Positions 32,121 to 34,717 of a stretch of DNA of 34,717 nt are shown piece after piece (position 1 is the first letter of the stretch; each line of letters opens with the position of its first letter). The stretch is from contig JAUCBJ010007069.1 of NCBI GenBank assembly GCA_032718475.1, forward strand, positions 1 to 34,717. The letters run 5' to 3'. Below the pieces are notes generated by a model, which did no database searches, was not told the origin of the DNA, and worked only from the letters and a program-made list of their open reading frames with translations. A program made the translations under genes and the position numbers. This stretch comes from Nemertoderma westbladi (taxonomy: Eukaryota > Animalia > Xenacoelomorpha).

Positions 32121-33001
32121 TCTTGTAGTTTTTGTCGCCGTTGTTGTTTTTTGAGTTCTAGAACTAAAATTGTTTTACCTCCATGAAAGACTATATGCTT
32201 TCCTTTATGGTCGCGAAGCGTTATACTAATTGTATCGAGCACTTTTTTATTTCTTAATTGTTTGTAATGTGTGTTTTTGAATTCCTGGTTGATGAATGAG
32301 TATGGTTCCCATTTCAAGGGGATTATCCGCAAAAGAGGCGCCATCGAATGTCCTACGTGAGAAGATTCAATCATATCTGTATATATAAACATTGTGTGTC
32401 TATCCCTCGTTATATCGCAAGGTTCGGGGAATTCAACTCCATCCATTTTGTTTGTATCCTTACAGCCTAAGTTCAATAAACCATCATCTTCGTTGTAGTG
32501 TATTGCCCAAAGCGCCCCAAGACCCATTAAATTATTTTTTAAACTCGATAACCCGAAAATATTTATTATATCTCCATAGAATTGGAAATAGCGACCTTTC
32601 TTACAATGTAGATGAATTTTTGATGTATGTTTTTGGTAGTTAAACTTAACATCTTTGAAACCGTGGTGGGATATTGAGGGATTTTTCAAATAAACACTAA
32701 TATGGTTTAAAATTGACTCAATAGAAGCATATAGCCCAAGATTAAAATCGATTTCTATAAGATTGTATGGAGCTATATGAAATTCCAAATCCTCATCATA
32801 CATATATTCACCAATTCTAATTCCGGATCTTTGTTCAATATTTCTATAGGTCGACACATACTGTATTTCCTTTAGACCCGCGACCCAATCTGTGCTGACG
32901 GGGATAGGTTTGGACAACTCAATCGTGAAATCGCTGGGAGTGTTATCGGGATATTTATCTAGACTGGCGTCGGAAGTCAACGTTAAATGTAAGTAATCCA
33001 T
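32117..33001 (-). CDS. Minor capsid protein (penton, PX-like) 1
   Basis: LTLTSDAS...YPDNTPSDF..L..PI, W.AGL.EI.Y, FIYTDMIE...VG....PLLRII, ISITLRDHKG..I.F.GG; overlaps next gene by ATGA. Confidence 0.87.
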   Translation of the reverse strand: MDYLHLTLTSDASLDKYPDNTPSDFTIELSKPIPVSTDWVAGLKEIQYVSTYRNIEQRSGIRIGEYMYDEDLEFHIAPYNLIEIDFNLGLYASIESILNHISVYLKNPSISHHGFKDVKFNYQKHTSKIHLHCKKGRYFQFYGDIINIFGLSSLKNNLMGLGALWAIHYNEDDGLLNLGCKDTNKMDGVEFPEPCDITRDRHTMFIYTDMIESSHVGHSMAPLLRIIPLKWEPYSFINQEFKNTHYKQLRNKKVLDTISITLRDHKGKHIVFHGGKTILVLELKKQQRRQKLQE

Positions 33002-33018
33002 AATAATATAATTAATTA

Positions 33019-34104
33019 TTATTGTACGTGATCAACCCTTCGATGTGTCGTAAAACCAACAAATTTAACCAAATATTGCTTTTTGCCGCTTTTATTTACT
33101 TTTTCTTTAATTATTTTTTCAATTGGTAAGAAATTAAATGGTTCTTTTACCTTTTGGATTTCATGTCGATAAAATGTCCCCTTTATAACATGCCCATTCG
33201 AGTCCACAACTTCGTACATAGGGTACGGCTCTCGATCCAATCTTATTCTATAAATTTCAAAAATTTCTACTGTATAATTAGGTGTATAACCTTTGTCAAA
33301 TGGCTTTCTAGCTAAACTCAGCCGCACCTTATCACCAACCTTGAAATGAACTCGACGCTGCGCACGGCGTTTTCTTTTATTGGGATGACCCACACTCCCA
33401 TATAGTTTTAAAAATAGGTCAGTTTCATTCTTTTTATTGACAGAGTTTGGTGCCATACCAATGGTTCTATGTATTGAATTATTATATGCAACCAATATTT
33501 TTGGCAATATACTCATCCATTCTCTATTCTGTCTCCTCGTGAAAATTCTGTACATGCGAGATTTGAGGGTGCGATTGAGCCTTTCACAGATACTAGCTTT
33601 AAATTGGCTAACTAATGTATAAAAATGAACATTATTGTTCTGTAAGAAATCTTTCACCAATTTATTAACAAACTCAGTTCCTTGATCAACTGCTAGTCGT
33701 TTAGGCTTCCTTTCTTCGAATATCGTGGCTAGGGCCCTTTTAATTTCGACCCCTGTTTTACGTTTTAGACCCAACGCCCACGCCTTCCGACTAAAACAGT
33801 CAATACAAGTAAGTATGTAACCGTAGCCATTATTCTCGCCCCTAAAAGGTTGCATATCACACAAATCCGCTTGGTATAGATCGCCAATACCACCCGTGAA
33901 GATTTTTGATGTAGGATAATGGCGTCTAGCCGGAGCGTGTAGAGAGTAGGTCCGTTGAGAGCTCAGCCATTCATTCGCGCGGTTTCTCGAGACCTTCGCG
34001 GCCTTGGCGAGTTTGGCCACACTCGCGAAGCCAGCCGCATGTGAAGCGTCGTAATATATTCTTCCTAGCCGTTTGTTTATTAGATTTTCCTTGATCCTTC
34101 CCAT
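33019..34104 (-). CDS. Retroviral-like (rve) integrase with C-terminal chromodomain-like segment
   Basis: IYYD..H.AGF N-terminus; YQADL, AVDQGTEF, ICERLNRTLK (D,D(33)E); FKVGDKVR, FDKGY; IEKII...QYLVKFVGF. Confidence 0.95.
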   Translation of the reverse strand: MGRIKENLINKRLGRIYYDASHAAGFASVAKLAKAAKVSRNRANEWLSSQRTYSLHAPARRHYPTSKIFTGGIGDLYQADLCDMQPFRGENNGYGYILTCIDCFSRKAWALGLKRKTGVEIKRALATIFEERKPKRLAVDQGTEFVNKLVKDFLQNNNVHFYTLVSQFKASICERLNRTLKSRMYRIFTRRQNREWMSILPKILVAYNNSIHRTIGMAPNSVNKKNETDLFLKLYGSVGHPNKRKRRAQRRVHFKVGDKVRLSLARKPFDKGYTPNYTVEIFEIYRIRLDREPYPMYEVVDSNGHVIKGTFYRHEIQKVKEPFNFLPIEKIIKEKVNKSGKKQYLVKFVGFTTHRRVDHVQ

Positions 34105-34186
34105 CTGTAGTATCGAGTCGTGACGGAAAACATTTACAATGGCAGTTAATACTTAATATGAAACGCTCAAAAAACATAATATTTGG

Positions 34187-34630
34187 TTAGGGCACCACGT
34201 ATTGTTTCCACGCGCTGTCACGTTTTGTAAGGGGAGGAGGAGGAGCCGCGCGCGCCCCCCGTCGTTTCAACCAACCGCGACCAATTAATTTTCTTGGCGT
34301 CCTTAAACGTTTTAATAGCCCTATGAATGCCACTTGCCCCGGAATTATGTGTGTATTTTTCTTATTTTTTTTGTTAGTCAGCAATTCAATCAAATGGGAA
34401 ATATTCGCCTTAGGTATAAGTTTATTTTCTATAAAGAGTTGATTATTACTATCGTCCCATCGCACCCTGTCACGCGAGAAGCGCATTAAATAGCTTAATA
34501 ATCTTTTGCCTTTCCGAGTTGAAATTGCTACACCATCTAGCGGAGGTATTGCAGTATTGCTTCTTCCCTGAGTATCTGGTAATAAAGTTGGAACTAAATA
34601 CAATTTTTTAAAATTTCCGACAGCAACCAT
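34187..34630 (-). CDS. Basic hypothetical protein upstream of integrase
   Basis: 147 aa, same orientation as the cluster; W....LFI....IP.ANI..LI..L pattern resembles ORFs I associate with this position in Mavericks. Confidence 0.65.
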   Translation of the reverse strand: MVAVGNFKKLYLVPTLLPDTQGRSNTAIPPLDGVAISTRKGKRLLSYLMRFSRDRVRWDDSNNQLFIENKLIPKANISHLIELLTNKKNKKNTHIIPGQVAFIGLLKRLRTPRKLIGRGWLKRRGARAAPPPPLTKRDSAWKQYVVP

Positions 34631-34717
34631 TTCATTATACTGCGCTAGAGCTCACGTTTATGGGTTGATAGACTGTTTGTCCCAACGGATTAAATATATC
34701 TCCCCTAACTCTGATAT

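Larger units (their letters stand above)
25537..34717 (-). mobile_element. Maverick/Polinton (adintovirus-like) element, one end; pPolB and packaging ATPase expected beyond the right edge
   Basis: Compact co-oriented intact ORFs for rve integrase, two pentons, major capsid, basic core protein and adenain protease; (AGT)n candidate terminus. Left boundary is inference. Confidence 0.93.

Overview
Repeat-rich eukaryotic (probably invertebrate) genomic DNA made almost entirely of mobile elements; no convincing host gene. (1) 1..~7464 (-): a BEL/Pao LTR retrotransposon whose Gag-protease ORF (ATG at 4000) runs off the left edge, preceded by a ~3 kb repeat-laden leader and a candidate 5' LTR. (2) ~8.5-14 kb: MITE/foldback elements and a minisatellite. 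(3) ~14.3-21.8 kb (-): a second BEL/Pao-derived element encoding only Gag + protease, split by a frameshift at a C20 tract, with no RT/RNase H/integrase and no matching 3' LTR. (4) A TA-flanked MITE. (5) ~25537..end: one end of a Maverick/Polinton (adintovirus-like) element with integrase, two minor capsid genes, major capsid, basic core protein and adenain protease. Best lead: this Maverick appears to carry a compact GTSF1/Asterix-like tandem CHHC zinc-finger gene and a DEDD-derived protein with a Maelstrom-like E-C-H-C pattern, i.e. two look-alikes of PIWI cofactors, suggesting a virus-encoded piRNA-pathway interference module. All family assignments are by eye; no searches were run.
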